64,000 bases of DNA from positions 6,821 through 70,820 of the IMG/VR virus record IMGVR_UViG_2061766007_000925; one strand, given 5' to 3'. Within the stretch, counting starts at the first letter, position 1. Each line of letters begins with the position of its first letter. Shown here piece after piece: positions 18,536 to 28,335 of the stretch. The translations under genes were made by a program, and so were the position numbers. This DNA comes from a virus. Taxonomy: Duplodnaviria > Caudoviricetes. A model generated the notes under the pieces. The model did not search any database, was not told the DNA's origin, and was given only the letters and a program-made list of their open reading frames with translations.

Positions 18536-21500
18536 TATGCACCTCCGAAAGCGTCAATATTTGTTTTTCGTTTAAATGCCTTTGCTTCCTGTCGTACCAC
18601 CTTAAACAATCTATTCGGGTCACCCTCAACCTTGAATGTCACGTTGATGTTCTGCTCACCGAGAACATTCCTCAACGCCTGTTCGATTGTAGACAGAGGA
18701 GATACAATCTCAGTCTCCTTGTTGTTATCACCGAGCATAGCAAGGAAGTTGGACATATTAGGAGGAATAACAGCTCCCTGAGCAAGACGGGGAATGGACA
18801 CTTCACTCATCTTGTTAATACTAAAACCGAGATAACGACCACCTATGCCAGGAACCCAATCAGGAATGTCAATGCACAAAGCATTCAACTTGTCTATCAT
18901 CCAGTTAAATCCTGATATAACTTTGTTAATCATAAACTCAATCGCAGACAAGAATGCGTTTATAGGCGATTTAACACCTTCCTTGATAGTATCCCATGCA
19001 CCGATAACAAAATCAGCGATTTTATCCCAAATATCCTTAATGTCCGTCTTAATATCGGTAAACTTCTCGATGATACTATCTTTCAGGTCAGTTACAGTTT
19101 CTTTAATCTTATCCCAAACAGCAACAAGTTTCTCCTTAGCCGCCGTAAACTTAGTCGTAATCGCCGTCCAAATATTAGAGATACCTGTCTTTAATGCTGT
19201 AAACGCACCTAATGCGCTAGTCTTAAGATTAACTGCCCCTGCTGTAATCCCATCCCAAATACCTAAGATGGTCTCCTTTACAGCCGTGAACTTCTCAACA
19301 ATCCTGTTCCAGGACTCACTGAAGAAGTCACCAATAGTGGAGAATATTCCCGTGAGAGTATCATACACAGCCGTACCTGTTACACTAAGTGTACGAACGA
19401 TTGACTCTCCAATGTCTTCAAATCCACCCTTTATACGCTCCCACAGAATTTCCCATATAAGACGACGCTTAATCCTCTTGAACGCCTTCGTCCAATTCTT
19501 CTTCTCTTTCAGGAAATCTGCGATAGCGCTAATAATCTCATCAAACGCATCAGAGTCGGAAAGTTTCTTCCAAATCTCCTTGAGTGCTCCAAGCAACTCA
19601 CGGGAAATCTTAGTAGCGTCCTCAGCAAGTTTAGCCCAATCAATATTAGAGATGAAGCTAATCAAGGAGTCTCCAACCTTATCCCACTCAATGTCCTGCA
19701 CAGCCTTTAACAGCATATCAGTGAGGTTTGTAGCGAGATTGCCAAGGGTCTTCCCTCTCTTAGCCCACTTATCAGCGTCTCCGAACAGTGTATTTATGCC
19801 CTCAGAAAGACTATCAGCCCATGTATCCCATGCAGCCATGTCGTTGAATGTGTCAAGTGCTCCAAAGATTGTATCGAGCACTCCTGATATCGTATTAGCA
19901 ACTAATGCGAAATTCTCAGGAGTGATAACCTCATTGAGAATACTTACAAGGTCGCCTACGAGCTTCTTTGCCGCCACCTGAACCTTTACCCAATTAATAT
20001 CTCCGAGTGCGCTCTCTAAGAACTCAGTTATCTTAGTACCGAACTCAGCTCCATCGAAATTATCTGTAAATCCGATAATGACATCAGCGAGCTCATTGAT
20101 TGAGCCTGAGAAAATATTACCAAGGTCGGTAAAATTAACAGTATCGGTTATTGACGAAATTCCGTCAGCGATTGTCTTACCAAGCTGTTTACCATCGAAC
20201 TTGTCTAAGAAATCGGTAGTGAACGTCGAGAAAGTGTTGATAATCTCACCAAACGTCCGTCCAAGGGAAGCACCAAGACCCTCAACACTCAGTAACCCAT
20301 TGAGGAAATCAGCAATACTCTTGCCTAATGCTGATGCCTTGCCAATAATGGTGTCCCAAGGAATATTGGTAAGGAAGTTTGTAATAGCCTGTCCCACCTT
20401 CTTACCAAGCCCCTCAAGGTCGTCAAACCAATTCGGTATTTCAGTCTCCTCTAAGTCAGCAAGCTCGAAGTCAACTGCTTTATCGTCATTGTTGAGAACA
20501 TTAAGTTTATCAAAGGAAGCAAGGCTCTTACTTGAGTTATCAATGCTCTTTGCGTAATCCTTCTGTATCCTGATTGCCTTAAGGAAGGTATTTGAACCCG
20601 TCAGTTTGGCAATCAACATACCAATGGTCGTAGTCATCTCAGCAAGCCTATTGGTTATACTCGTAATCAATGGTTCAAGCTGAACGAGGACAGGAGCAAT
20701 AGCCGTGGCAAGACTAGCCTTTAGATATGCCAAAGAGGATGTGATGTTAGACAACGCTGTATTCACATCGTTGACACCTAAATTCCACTTTGCCATCAAG
20801 TCAAGATTCTCCCGAATAATGCCCTTGAGAGACTTCAGCGCATCAACAAGTTTCTTAACAAGGCTTACGCTCGTAACAGGAATAAGCATTCCAAGTTTTC
20901 CTGCACTCTTGACCAACGATTTGATAAGAGCAAGCCCTGCCTTGGCTATCTTTTTTATTCCTGAGAGAATGAATTTTCCAAGAGACTCAAGAACCTTCTT
21001 TATTTGTTTAATCTCCTTGACAATGGCAACCACAGCCGCCACAGCCGCCGCCAACGCCGCCGTTATCACAGGGTGACTCAGCATTAGCTGACCAATCTTT
21101 TTAAACATGTCTCCGACCTGTTTCAAGCCCTCAAGTAACTGTTCTTTGGTAAGTTTTGTGACGCCCATTAAACCTTCAGACGCCATGGATACTCCCCATA
21201 TCATACGAGAGTTCACACCAGGAATAAGACGGCTTAAACCACGAACAGCTCTTGATACATCGTGAATACCCTTTGCCTGAGGAAGCTGTCCATCTGTATT
21301 TTGCTGTTTGGCATGTTTCGTCAGTTGCATTCCCTGTTTCACAATCAACAGGTGAAGTGCATCTGCCTGTTCTTTAATCTTAGCTGTAAGTTCATCATAC
21401 GTCTTGCCAGCCTCAATCATACGTGCGTCAAGCGCCGCTGTAAGCTGTTCTAAGTTAGCATACTCGGTATTAGGAAGACCAAGTGTTTTTGCAAGCTGTT

Positions 21501-22074
21501 CCTGTTCTGCCTCAAGCGCCACAACTGATTGATGATAAGCGTCTACGGCTTCAGACGCTTCTCTAAGTGTCATCGCTTGTCCGTCAAGATATACTGTGGT
21601 ATTCATAATCTCATCCTCGAACAACGCTAACGCTTCATTCAATGCGTCGATAGCTTCTTGGTCACCTTCTCGACCCTTGGCATACACATCGAGCATACTT
21701 ACTGTATCTCCCTGAAATTCGGCAGGGAACTGTGAGAGTGTATTTAAATACCACTCGTTATAATCAGGAGTCGGATTATATTTGGTCATTAACTCCTGAG
21801 ATACTTGCATCATTCTATCCTGGGCATCTTCGAGGGCGTCTACATTTACCGAATTTAGCTGATGCTGTAAGATGTTAATATTCTTACATGCCTCTTCAAT
21901 TACTTTGGACAATTTCTCCATCTGAATTTCTATATTCTGAAGAGCAGGAGACTCTTCTCCTGTACGAGCATCAAGCACTTTCTTGACTTCCTGTTGAAGC
22001 TCCTTCGCCTTAGCGAGAGCATCCTTAATATCCATATCAAGAGGAAGTGTAATGCCCCCTGTGGAATTAGCCAT
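18535..22074 (-). CDS. tape measure protein
   Basis: 1179 aa helical; SLASFDKLNVL; W-spaced repeats; C-term IPRLAQGAVIPPN..FLAMLGDN..ETEIVSPL. Confidence 0.92.
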   Translation of the reverse strand: MANSTGGITLPLDMDIKDALAKAKELQQEVKKVLDARTGEESPALQNIEIQMEKLSKVIEEACKNINILQHQLNSVNVDALEDAQDRMMQVSQELMTKYNPTPDYNEWYLNTLSQFPAEFQGDTVSMLDVYAKGREGDQEAIDALNEALALFEDEIMNTTVYLDGQAMTLREASEAVDAYHQSVVALEAEQEQLAKTLGLPNTEYANLEQLTAALDARMIEAGKTYDELTAKIKEQADALHLLIVKQGMQLTKHAKQQNTDGQLPQAKGIHDVSRAVRGLSRLIPGVNSRMIWGVSMASEGLMGVTKLTKEQLLEGLKQVGDMFKKIGQLMLSHPVITAALAAAVAAVVAIVKEIKQIKKVLESLGKFILSGIKKIAKAGLALIKSLVKSAGKLGMLIPVTSVSLVKKLVDALKSLKGIIRENLDLMAKWNLGVNDVNTALSNITSSLAYLKASLATAIAPVLVQLEPLITSITNRLAEMTTTIGMLIAKLTGSNTFLKAIRIQKDYAKSIDNSSKSLASFDKLNVLNNDDKAVDFELADLEETEIPNWFDDLEGLGKKVGQAITNFLTNIPWDTIIGKASALGKSIADFLNGLLSVEGLGASLGRTFGEIINTFSTFTTDFLDKFDGKQLGKTIADGISSITDTVNFTDLGNIFSGSINELADVIIGFTDNFDGAEFGTKITEFLESALGDINWVKVQVAAKKLVGDLVSILNEVITPENFALVANTISGVLDTIFGALDTFNDMAAWDTWADSLSEGINTLFGDADKWAKRGKTLGNLATNLTDMLLKAVQDIEWDKVGDSLISFISNIDWAKLAEDATKISRELLGALKEIWKKLSDSDAFDEIISAIADFLKEKKNWTKAFKRIKRRLIWEILWERIKGGFEDIGESIVRTLSVTGTAVYDTLTGIFSTIGDFFSESWNRIVEKFTAVKETILGIWDGITAGAVNLKTSALGAFTALKTGISNIWTAITTKFTAAKEKLVAVWDKIKETVTDLKDSIIEKFTDIKTDIKDIWDKIADFVIGAWDTIKEGVKSPINAFLSAIEFMINKVISGFNWMIDKLNALCIDIPDWVPGIGGRYLGFSINKMSEVSIPRLAQGAVIPPNMSNFLAMLGDNNKETEIVSPLSTIEQALRNVLGEQNINVTFKVEGDPNRLFKVVRQEAKAFKRKTNIDAFGGA

Positions 22075-22078
22075 TTAC

Positions 22079-22666
22079 TTATCCTCCGTTCCACAACTTG
22101 CTAATATAATCCTCGGCGTCCTTCTGCTCTTTACTACGCAAGTCAATGCTGAAGTATTCGGGATTATTATTCCTGAATTTCTTCTCGGCTGTGTCAAGTT
22201 TCTCACCACGGGCTATTTTATATCGGATAGATATAATAGTGGCGAGGGGACATTCCCCTATTGCCGAGTAGTAGGAGAGAAATGTCCACCAATGTAAATA
22301 GTCCAAGGCTCTCACCTCTTGTTTTGCCACATTATTGATAGCTGAACAGATGAGGTTAGAGTCCTTCTCCCAATCAATAAGTGTATATCCACCTGTGTTG
22401 CTTTTTGACATCTCCGTATCGTTGGCATTGAAGAAGTCCATCATGCCCTTCTGAAGCGTCGTCAACGTCTCCTTGTCACGTGGAATATCACTGATATCAT
22501 TAAAGTCTTCATAAAAAATAATCAATGTCACGAGCATACGCTCAATTTCGGAAAGTTCAGGGTCATTCATTGCCTTAAAACAATCAAGCACCATCCGAAA
22601 ATCACCCTTATTCCGGATGTCGAATGATGCCTGACTTGTTTGTATGGATGTAAGGAGCTCGTACAC
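22079..22666 (-). CDS. Gp15-like tail assembly protein (GTG start)
   Basis: IRNKGDFRMVL; DWEKDSNLICSAI; YLHWWTFLSYY (A118 Gp15-type). Confidence 0.85.
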   Translation of the reverse strand: MYELLTSIQTSQASFDIRNKGDFRMVLDCFKAMNDPELSEIERMLVTLIIFYEDFNDISDIPRDKETLTTLQKGMMDFFNANDTEMSKSNTGGYTLIDWEKDSNLICSAINNVAKQEVRALDYLHWWTFLSYYSAIGECPLATIISIRYKIARGEKLDTAEKKFRNNNPEYFSIDLRSKEQKDAEDYISKLWNGG

Positions 22667-23167
22667 TTACTTCTTCTTTCCACCCTTGGGTGTAGTGTAC
22701 TTCGCTGTATGCTGTTTCACACGACTCGCAATCAGCTTAGCTTCCTGATTGATATTGTCGGTATAGAGCTGTAAAAGGCTCTCGATAATGACCTCGTACC
22801 TGAACTTTCCGTCTTTAGGGTCGTACATTGTGCCACCCCGTCCGCAAACAGCACTGATGGGAGAGTCAAAGATAAAATCAAGACAGTCCCTCATGTGCTT
22901 ATCTGCTTCCATGAGCTTTTTCATCATGCTCTTGTCGTCCTCATCGTCGGGAATAGAAGTAACTACTTCCATCTCTTTCTCAAGGTCGGCAAGACCTTTT
23001 TCGTACCTTTCAAGAATACCAAGGTCTGATGTGTTCAGCTCGATAATCGAGTTGTTGTCTCCGTTAATGCGGAAGCGCTGTTTGGTTGCCGTATCAAGCT
23101 GAATATCGATAATACCTGCCTCTTTCGGCATATCCTTCTCTTTTAACTCTCCATTTAATAATGCCAT
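22667..23167 (-). CDS. tail assembly chaperone
   Basis: Between the major tail gene and the Gp15-like gene. Confidence 0.7.
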   Translation of the reverse strand: MALLNGELKEKDMPKEAGIIDIQLDTATKQRFRINGDNNSIIELNTSDLGILERYEKGLADLEKEMEVVTSIPDDEDDKSMMKKLMEADKHMRDCLDFIFDSPISAVCGRGGTMYDPKDGKFRYEVIIESLLQLYTDNINQEAKLIASRVKQHTAKYTTPKGGKKK

Positions 23168-23179
23168 GTTATCCTCCTA

Positions 23180-23728
23180 TTAGAGCGTGGTGTCCTGGGT
23201 GAACACGAAATCCGACGCAATCTTGTCAACTGTTCCCGTGGTAATCTTGTTCGAGAAGTGAACAGTGATAGGGAAGTTTACGTTTGCATCTCCACCCATG
23301 CTTTCATAGGTGATGGTGCAATCGTCATGACGCTCTGCTTCATACTGACCTGCTGCACCAACGAATGCCGTGATGATGTAGATTTTGAATGCACCCGTAA
23401 GCTCCGACAGCGCGTTCCTGCGTCTGATATCGTTCAGGAAAGCGCCGAGCCTTGAGCCACCGAGGATAAGGAACGGGTCGAATGCCTGGGTAGGCTGTGT
23501 CTTATTAACATCCGTATAGTTGTTACCAAGAATATCGGTACTTTCCTGAATATCAGGATTGAACTCGATACTTGAGTCCTCAGTACGTGCACCAAGAAGC
23601 TCTCTTACCTGTTCGGTTCCTGTAGTGCCGTCGAGCTTTTCCGTCCACTCAGCAACAGTTACAAGGAGCTTACGCTCGGCTCTCTGTCCCTGAGTAAGAT
23701 TGATTTGTTTAATTGCTGAACTAGGCAT
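23180..23728 (-). CDS. major tail tube protein
   Basis: Position; SSIEFNPDIQESTDILGNNY; GGDANVNFPITVHF. Confidence 0.8.
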   Translation of the reverse strand: MPSSAIKQINLTQGQRAERKLLVTVAEWTEKLDGTTGTEQVRELLGARTEDSSIEFNPDIQESTDILGNNYTDVNKTQPTQAFDPFLILGGSRLGAFLNDIRRRNALSELTGAFKIYIITAFVGAAGQYEAERHDDCTITYESMGGDANVNFPITVHFSNKITTGTVDKIASDFVFTQDTTL

Positions 23729-23745
23729 TTTCTTTCCTCCTTATG

Positions 23746-24228
23746 TTATTTCCAAAATGCGTTTGATTTGTCGAGGAAGTCAATCCGTATCGACATACTG
23801 TACTTTGCTAACGCTGGGGTTACCTGAGTGTCAATGCCATTAAGGTTAGGATTCTCGGTGATTGTTTCCATATTATCTATGATACAATCCTCTCCGAAAT
23901 CAGGGAAGTTTCTCAGCTTCGCCTGTTCATTTACCCAATCCATAATGCCTTGTACGTCGAGTAATTCCTCAACATTTTCGCTGACATATCCTTCTACCTT
24001 AGGAACAGGCTGATATGCTACTGAACGAAAGTCCACTATGGTAAAAGTATAACGCCTCATCACGCTGCCGTCAATGAAACGTTGATTTAATACCTTACTG
24101 TTGGCTTGTGTGATGATTTGCTTACTTGTGTCCTCAGCGTTCAAGAAATTGAAAAACAAAGGATTATCAGCTATCGTAGGGCATTGAAGTAAGAAATCAA
24201 TGATTGCTTGGTTCTTGTCCACAGTCAT
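23746..24228 (-). CDS. tail terminator/minor capsid-3-like protein
   Basis: Synteny in A118-like head-tail block. Confidence 0.65.
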   Translation of the reverse strand: MTVDKNQAIIDFLLQCPTIADNPLFFNFLNAEDTSKQIITQANSKVLNQRFIDGSVMRRYTFTIVDFRSVAYQPVPKVEGYVSENVEELLDVQGIMDWVNEQAKLRNFPDFGEDCIIDNMETITENPNLNGIDTQVTPALAKYSMSIRIDFLDKSNAFWK

Positions 24229-24594
24229 TTACTCTCCACCTTTCTTTAGTGCCCTCGTAATTATCTCACTTACTCTTGCAAGGAACTCTTCGCCGTGCTC
24301 AGACATCATCACCTCATTCCACCTTGCGGTTGCAAGAGGATGATATTCGGTCTTGTGGTTTATCTCTTCTCCGAAATACTGTCGTCTTGCGTAAGGTTGG
24401 GTGTAGGTCACTCCGTCTGGTCCGACATGAACCGTATTGGCAAGTGCTCCTGTATCGTAAGGAACATAGGGGTCACACATTTCAGCTAACACTTGGCTGA
24501 TTTCCTGTCTTACTTCGGGACTATCCACAACAGCCAACTTATTTGCAAGCAACTGATATAGATTGTAATTACCTCGAAGATGAAGACTTGACAT
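24229..24594 (-). CDS. minor capsid-2-like (neck) protein
   Basis: DPYVPYDTGALA...YTQPYARRQYFG...HPLATARW. Confidence 0.8.
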   Translation of the reverse strand: MSSLHLRGNYNLYQLLANKLAVVDSPEVRQEISQVLAEMCDPYVPYDTGALANTVHVGPDGVTYTQPYARRQYFGEEINHKTEYHPLATARWNEVMMSEHGEEFLARVSEIITRALKKGGE

Positions 24595-24595
24595 A

Positions 24596-25048
24596 TCATT
24601 TACCTCGTGCTAAGTAGTGCTCATTATTTCTCGCTACCCCCGTGTTATTTGACCATTCTGTTATTTCCATACAAGCCTGATATTGGCTGTAAAGTCCTAA
24701 CAGGTCGGATGAACGTTTGCCTTTTTCGTACTCATTGATGACAAACTCGCATTCACCCTTAACAATAATATCGCCCTGCGCCAAAGTGAAGTAGCTTGCC
24801 TTTTGCTCTGTAGTGAGAGCAATCCACTCTTGCTTCTCCATGAACGCTGGGTCTTTTGGAATACGGCAGATAATTGATTTGGAGTCTAACAGGGTGTCCC
24901 CAACCCGTACCTCAGCTCCGACTAACTTCCAAAAACAATCGGTCTTGACTGTCCTGAACCAACTGATTACGTTTGTTGTCGGGTCTGTGTACTTGTTGTA
25001 AATAGTAACTGTGTGTTCCCACCAAAGAGGATAACCAGGCTTACTCAT
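24596..25048 (-). CDS. head closure-like protein
   Basis: HTVTIYNK; FTLAQGDIIVKG; synteny. Confidence 0.7.
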   Translation of the reverse strand: MSKPGYPLWWEHTVTIYNKYTDPTTNVISWFRTVKTDCFWKLVGAEVRVGDTLLDSKSIICRIPKDPAFMEKQEWIALTTEQKASYFTLAQGDIIVKGECEFVINEYEKGKRSSDLLGLYSQYQACMEITEWSNNTGVARNNEHYLARGK

Positions 25049-25463
25049 CGGGATACACCCCCCGATATAACAGCTTGTGTCCTAACTCGTTCATGACGCC
25101 CTGAAGATACCTTTGTATAGCCGTCTCGCTGTCCGCCTTAATACTTTCCATCAGGTCGTGAGCGCTAAGGACATTATAGCTGATTGATACTCCGTCGTTC
25201 GATTGTGAGGCAATGGTCTTCCCAACACCCCCTGTTGAGCCTTCCTCTCCACCACTCTCATTCAACAGGTTATTCTTCATTAACGCAAGGTTGATGAGGT
25301 AGTACATGAGGCGTTTGAGCTCCACGGGGAACGTGGTGTCATTCTTCAACCGATTGAACGTGTACCAATTAACTAACGCTTCAGCTTCAAACTCCAAATT
25401 ATTAAAGGTGGTTTCGTCTAATGTTCCACCATAAGCCTGATACTCAGCGAATGTCAGATACAT
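25041..25463 (-). CDS. head-tail connector
   Basis: YLTFAEYQAYGG; IASQSNDGVSISY; LLYRGV. Confidence 0.8.
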   Translation of the reverse strand: MYLTFAEYQAYGGTLDETTFNNLEFEAEALVNWYTFNRLKNDTTFPVELKRLMYYLINLALMKNNLLNESGGEEGSTGGVGKTIASQSNDGVSISYNVLSAHDLMESIKADSETAIQRYLQGVMNELGHKLLYRGVYPDE

Positions 25464-25490
25464 AAGAGCCCACCACCTTTCGTAATCTTA

Positions 25491-25805
25491 TCATTCAGTA
25501 GCCGACTTACCCTTTTTCTTGGCTGTGCCTAAGGTTTCAGTGGGCTTTTCCTGAACAGGCTTTACCTGCTTGGTAGCCTTGAGTTCCTCTAACTCAGCTT
25601 CCAATGCGAGGATGGTAGCCTTCTGTTCCTGAATGAGTGCCGTGTGTTGCTTGTAAGCAAGTTTTAAGGTAGGTAAATCCGTAGGGATGGTATCTTGGAC
25701 AACCACCCCACGTTCATCAACTATCCTGTAACCCTGCTCTACGCAAGCCTGTATCATGGACTCATCAATCTCTTTGACTTTGTTACCTTTTTCTGCGTAA
25801 AGCAT
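25491..25805 (-). CDS. hypothetical head-associated protein
   Basis: Follows the capsid gene; coiled coil and basic tail. Confidence 0.6.
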   Translation of the reverse strand: MLYAEKGNKVKEIDESMIQACVEQGYRIVDERGVVVQDTIPTDLPTLKLAYKQHTALIQEQKATILALEAELEELKATKQVKPVQEKPTETLGTAKKKGKSATE

Positions 25806-25838
25806 ATTGTTCGCTCTCCTTTGTGTGTGCCGTTCTTA

Positions 25839-26756
25839 TCAGCCGGTAGTGGTGGTCGAACCATTGTCGGTGATGTTGAACTGAATAGCGCCAGCCTTCT
25901 TGTTGAGGATGAATACGTCCTCGAAGCTCTCCTCGAAGTAGATGTACTTACCCTCGGAACCAGCTGCAGGCTCGTCGAGCTTGGAGAAGGTGTAGCTTAC
26001 GGGTGTGATAACAGCCGTAGGATGGATTAACATCATGTTAATCTGGTCAGCGCTGAGTGCCGGTCTCCAACCCTGCGAGAAGTTGTACTTGGTCTTCATG
26101 AGAGGAGCTGCAACGCCGATAACCTCAACCTCGTCGAGTCTGTCAACGATACGATTGATGTTGGCGTTTCTGTCCTCAGCATTCAGGTTACGAACAACGC
26201 TCTGAGCCGACTTCAGGAGGTACTTAACCTCATTGGTGCAATAGAGGATACGTCCCTGAACAGGAACTCTCTCATTGTCCATGTTGAGCATGAGGTTATC
26301 AAATACCTGAAGAACTGTTGCCGAGGTAAGAGCTGTCTCATCAGGTGTGTTGCCGAGAGCAACCCAATCCTGATAAATCTTGGAAACGCAATAAGCGTCC
26401 ATCTCGGGGAACTTCTGCTCTTCGTTGAATACCTTTGTGATGTTCGCAATGGTAGTAACGAGGTTGGTCTGGTCGATATCCATGGGATGAACAAGGGTGC
26501 TCCACTTTCTCTGATTGGAAAGGGTCTTGGTCTCCCAAGCGTTATCGTAGTTACGCTGCGCCGTAGCGATGGTGTCTCTGTCGGAGTCAACACGACCTGT
26601 GGTGGAGATAGAAGGTATCTCAATGGTCTTTGCATTGACCCAACGATATCTGTTGTTGTTGGGTGTGTTATAGAGAGCGCCAAAATTCAGGACATAGGGG
26701 AATGCCTGTGAAAGAGCTCTCTGGTAATCTGTTGCATAATTCAGCGGATTAGGCAT
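25839..26756 (-). CDS. major capsid protein
   Basis: YRWVNAKTIEIPSIST.G..D; FNEEQKFPEMDAY; YFEESFEDVFILNKK. Confidence 0.9.
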   Translation of the reverse strand: MPNPLNYATDYQRALSQAFPYVLNFGALYNTPNNNRYRWVNAKTIEIPSISTTGRVDSDRDTIATAQRNYDNAWETKTLSNQRKWSTLVHPMDIDQTNLVTTIANITKVFNEEQKFPEMDAYCVSKIYQDWVALGNTPDETALTSATVLQVFDNLMLNMDNERVPVQGRILYCTNEVKYLLKSAQSVVRNLNAEDRNANINRIVDRLDEVEVIGVAAPLMKTKYNFSQGWRPALSADQINMMLIHPTAVITPVSYTFSKLDEPAAGSEGKYIYFEESFEDVFILNKKAGAIQFNITDNGSTTTTG

Positions 26757-26782
26757 GATAGTGTCTCCTTCTTATATAATTT

Positions 26783-27499
26783 TTAATGCGCCCTAACACC
26801 GGTGAAGTTGAACTGAAATCCTCCGTCCTTAGCGTCGGGAGCAGGTCCAGGTGTAGGGGCAACAATTTCAGGTACAACCATTGGAGGTGTTGTGGGTTGT
26901 TCAGGAGGGGTCGGCTCAGGCTCTTTCTCCACAATGAGAGCGTCGGCGTTCTCAGCGAAATACTTGTCAGCGAAATCGTCTCTTCCGAGGATTTTGCCGT
27001 CTTCCATCTGAAGACCACGCTCAATCATAGACTTAACAAAGTCTCTTCTCGCTGCCTGCGAGGAGAAATTCTTGGTCTGTGCGAACTCTTTAACAGCAAA
27101 CTCATACGCCTGAGCGTCCAACTTCGCCTGATAACTCTTAACGTCATCATCGTACTTGGACTTCATGGCTGACATCTGTGTGTTGAGCTCGGCTAATTTG
27201 GTGGCGTCCTGTCCAGCCTCTTCAAGTTGCTTTTGGAGATTGGCAAGGTCAGTATCACGAGTACCGATTGTGTCGTTCAGAGTCTTAATCTGTTCGTCAC
27301 GACCTGTAATCTCGGCAACCTTTGCTTCAATCTCAGTGTCTTTTGCCTTCAGGTCAGCGTCGTACTTTGACTTGCTGACATACTTTCCATCGGAAAGGTC
27401 AGCGAACTTAGCTCCACCTGCCTTTACAGCAGCCTCGAACTGTTCATAAGTAAGTGTTCCGCCCTCGGCGTTGTCGAAGATGTCTTTAATGTTCATGTT
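26783..27499 (-). CDS. capsid scaffold (Gp20-like)
   Basis: GKYVSKSKY; coiled coil; precedes capsid; GGAG RBS before MNIKD. Confidence 0.85.
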   Translation of the reverse strand, partial: NMNIKDIFDNAEGGTLTYEQFEAAVKAGGAKFADLSDGKYVSKSKYDADLKAKDTEIEAKVAEITGRDEQIKTLNDTIGTRDTDLANLQKQLEEAGQDATKLAELNTQMSAMKSKYDDDVKSYQAKLDAQAYEFAVKEFAQTKNFSSQAARRDFVKSMIERGLQMEDGKILGRDDFADKYFAENADALIVEKEPEPTPPEQPTTPPMVVPEIVAPTPGPAPDAKDGGFQFNFTGVRAH

Positions 27500-27692
27500 T
27501 TGTTCTCCTTTTGACAATCATTTATATCTGTTATTTGTAATTGCGGATTACAGTTTCCGCCTGATTGTGCCGTCTTTAAAGGTCTTCGGCAAGACCCGTG
27601 GAAGCCCTCAATAACACAGGTGGGGTCGCGGACCAGCTTCCCCACCCTGCATGGAGAGCAAAAGTAGACATAAATCCACTTCCACGTCAAAA

Positions 27693-27721
27693 ATTATATC
27701 ATAATTAAACATATAAGTAAA
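27693..27721 (-). promoter_or_regulatory. extended -10 promoter for scaffold/capsid operon
   Basis: TTTACT-17-TATAAT with TG at the extended -10. Confidence 0.6.
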
Positions 27722-27782
27722 TATTTAGCGATTAACAGCCGTGTTTATTATTATAGTAGATAATTTTTTTTTCAAAACCCCC

Positions 27783-27811
27783 TTGACAAATGAATAAACA
27801 TAGTATATAAT
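27783..27811 (+). promoter_or_regulatory. sigma-A promoter for the sole plus-strand gene, with operator
   Basis: TTGACA-17-TATAAT; TAAACAT-N8-ATGTTTA. Confidence 0.88.
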
Positions 27812-27860
27812 GTTTACATAAGATAAAGATAACACTTAAAACACTTTAAGGAGGCACGCT

Positions 27861-28223
27861 ATGGGACAGTGGTATGGAAACATAATCAATCGAATTGAGG
27901 AGAACAGGCACGTGGATAAGCCCATTGAGGTTGGAATGGGAATGACACAGTATCATTGGTCAGACAGAACAGCGTGGGAAGTCATCAAAGTCAAAGACCA
28001 GAGACACGTCACTGTAAGAGAACTCGATGCAAAATGTATCGGTGGTGCTTACAGCAATGAGTGGGAGCTCTCAAGCAACCCCAATGGTCGCATAATGGAG
28101 CTGGCAATGCGTGGCAAGTATTGGTACAACCTGTATAGAGACATGGGTGGCAAAATTTACCATTGGGAACGTATTAACGTATCTTTCGGACACGCTGATT
28201 ATTACTACGACTATTCATTCTGA
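27861..28223 (+). CDS. hypothetical protein (moron-like)
   Basis: Own promoter, AAGGAGG RBS; GMGMTQYHWSDRTAWEVI. Confidence 0.85.
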   Translation: MGQWYGNIINRIEENRHVDKPIEVGMGMTQYHWSDRTAWEVIKVKDQRHVTVRELDAKCIGGAYSNEWELSSNPNGRIMELAMRGKYWYNLYRDMGGKIYHWERINVSFGHADYYYDYSF

Positions 28224-28227
28224 GACC

Positions 28228-28256
28228 TTGACAAAAGAGACAAATTAAGTTATGAT
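28228..28256 (+). promoter_or_regulatory. sigma-A promoter with no downstream ORF
   Basis: TTGACA-17-TATGAT. Confidence 0.6.
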
Positions 28257-28302
28257 TTAATTACTCCCAAAGTAGAGCGCCCCGCTCGAAGCAAAAAGAC
28301 AC

Positions 28303-28335
28303 AAAAAGAGGAAGGTGATTAGCCTTCCTCTTTTT
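28303..28335. terminator. bidirectional intrinsic terminator at portal stop
   Basis: AAAAAGAGGAAGG-TGATTAG-CCTTCCTCTTTTT. Confidence 0.85.

Noticed and set aside
18845-19981. 378-aa plus-strand ORF and many other plus-strand ORFs in the track
   Set aside because: Antisense shadows of well-supported minus-strand genes, with no RBS or recognisable motifs. Only 27861-28223 has a promoter and RBS.
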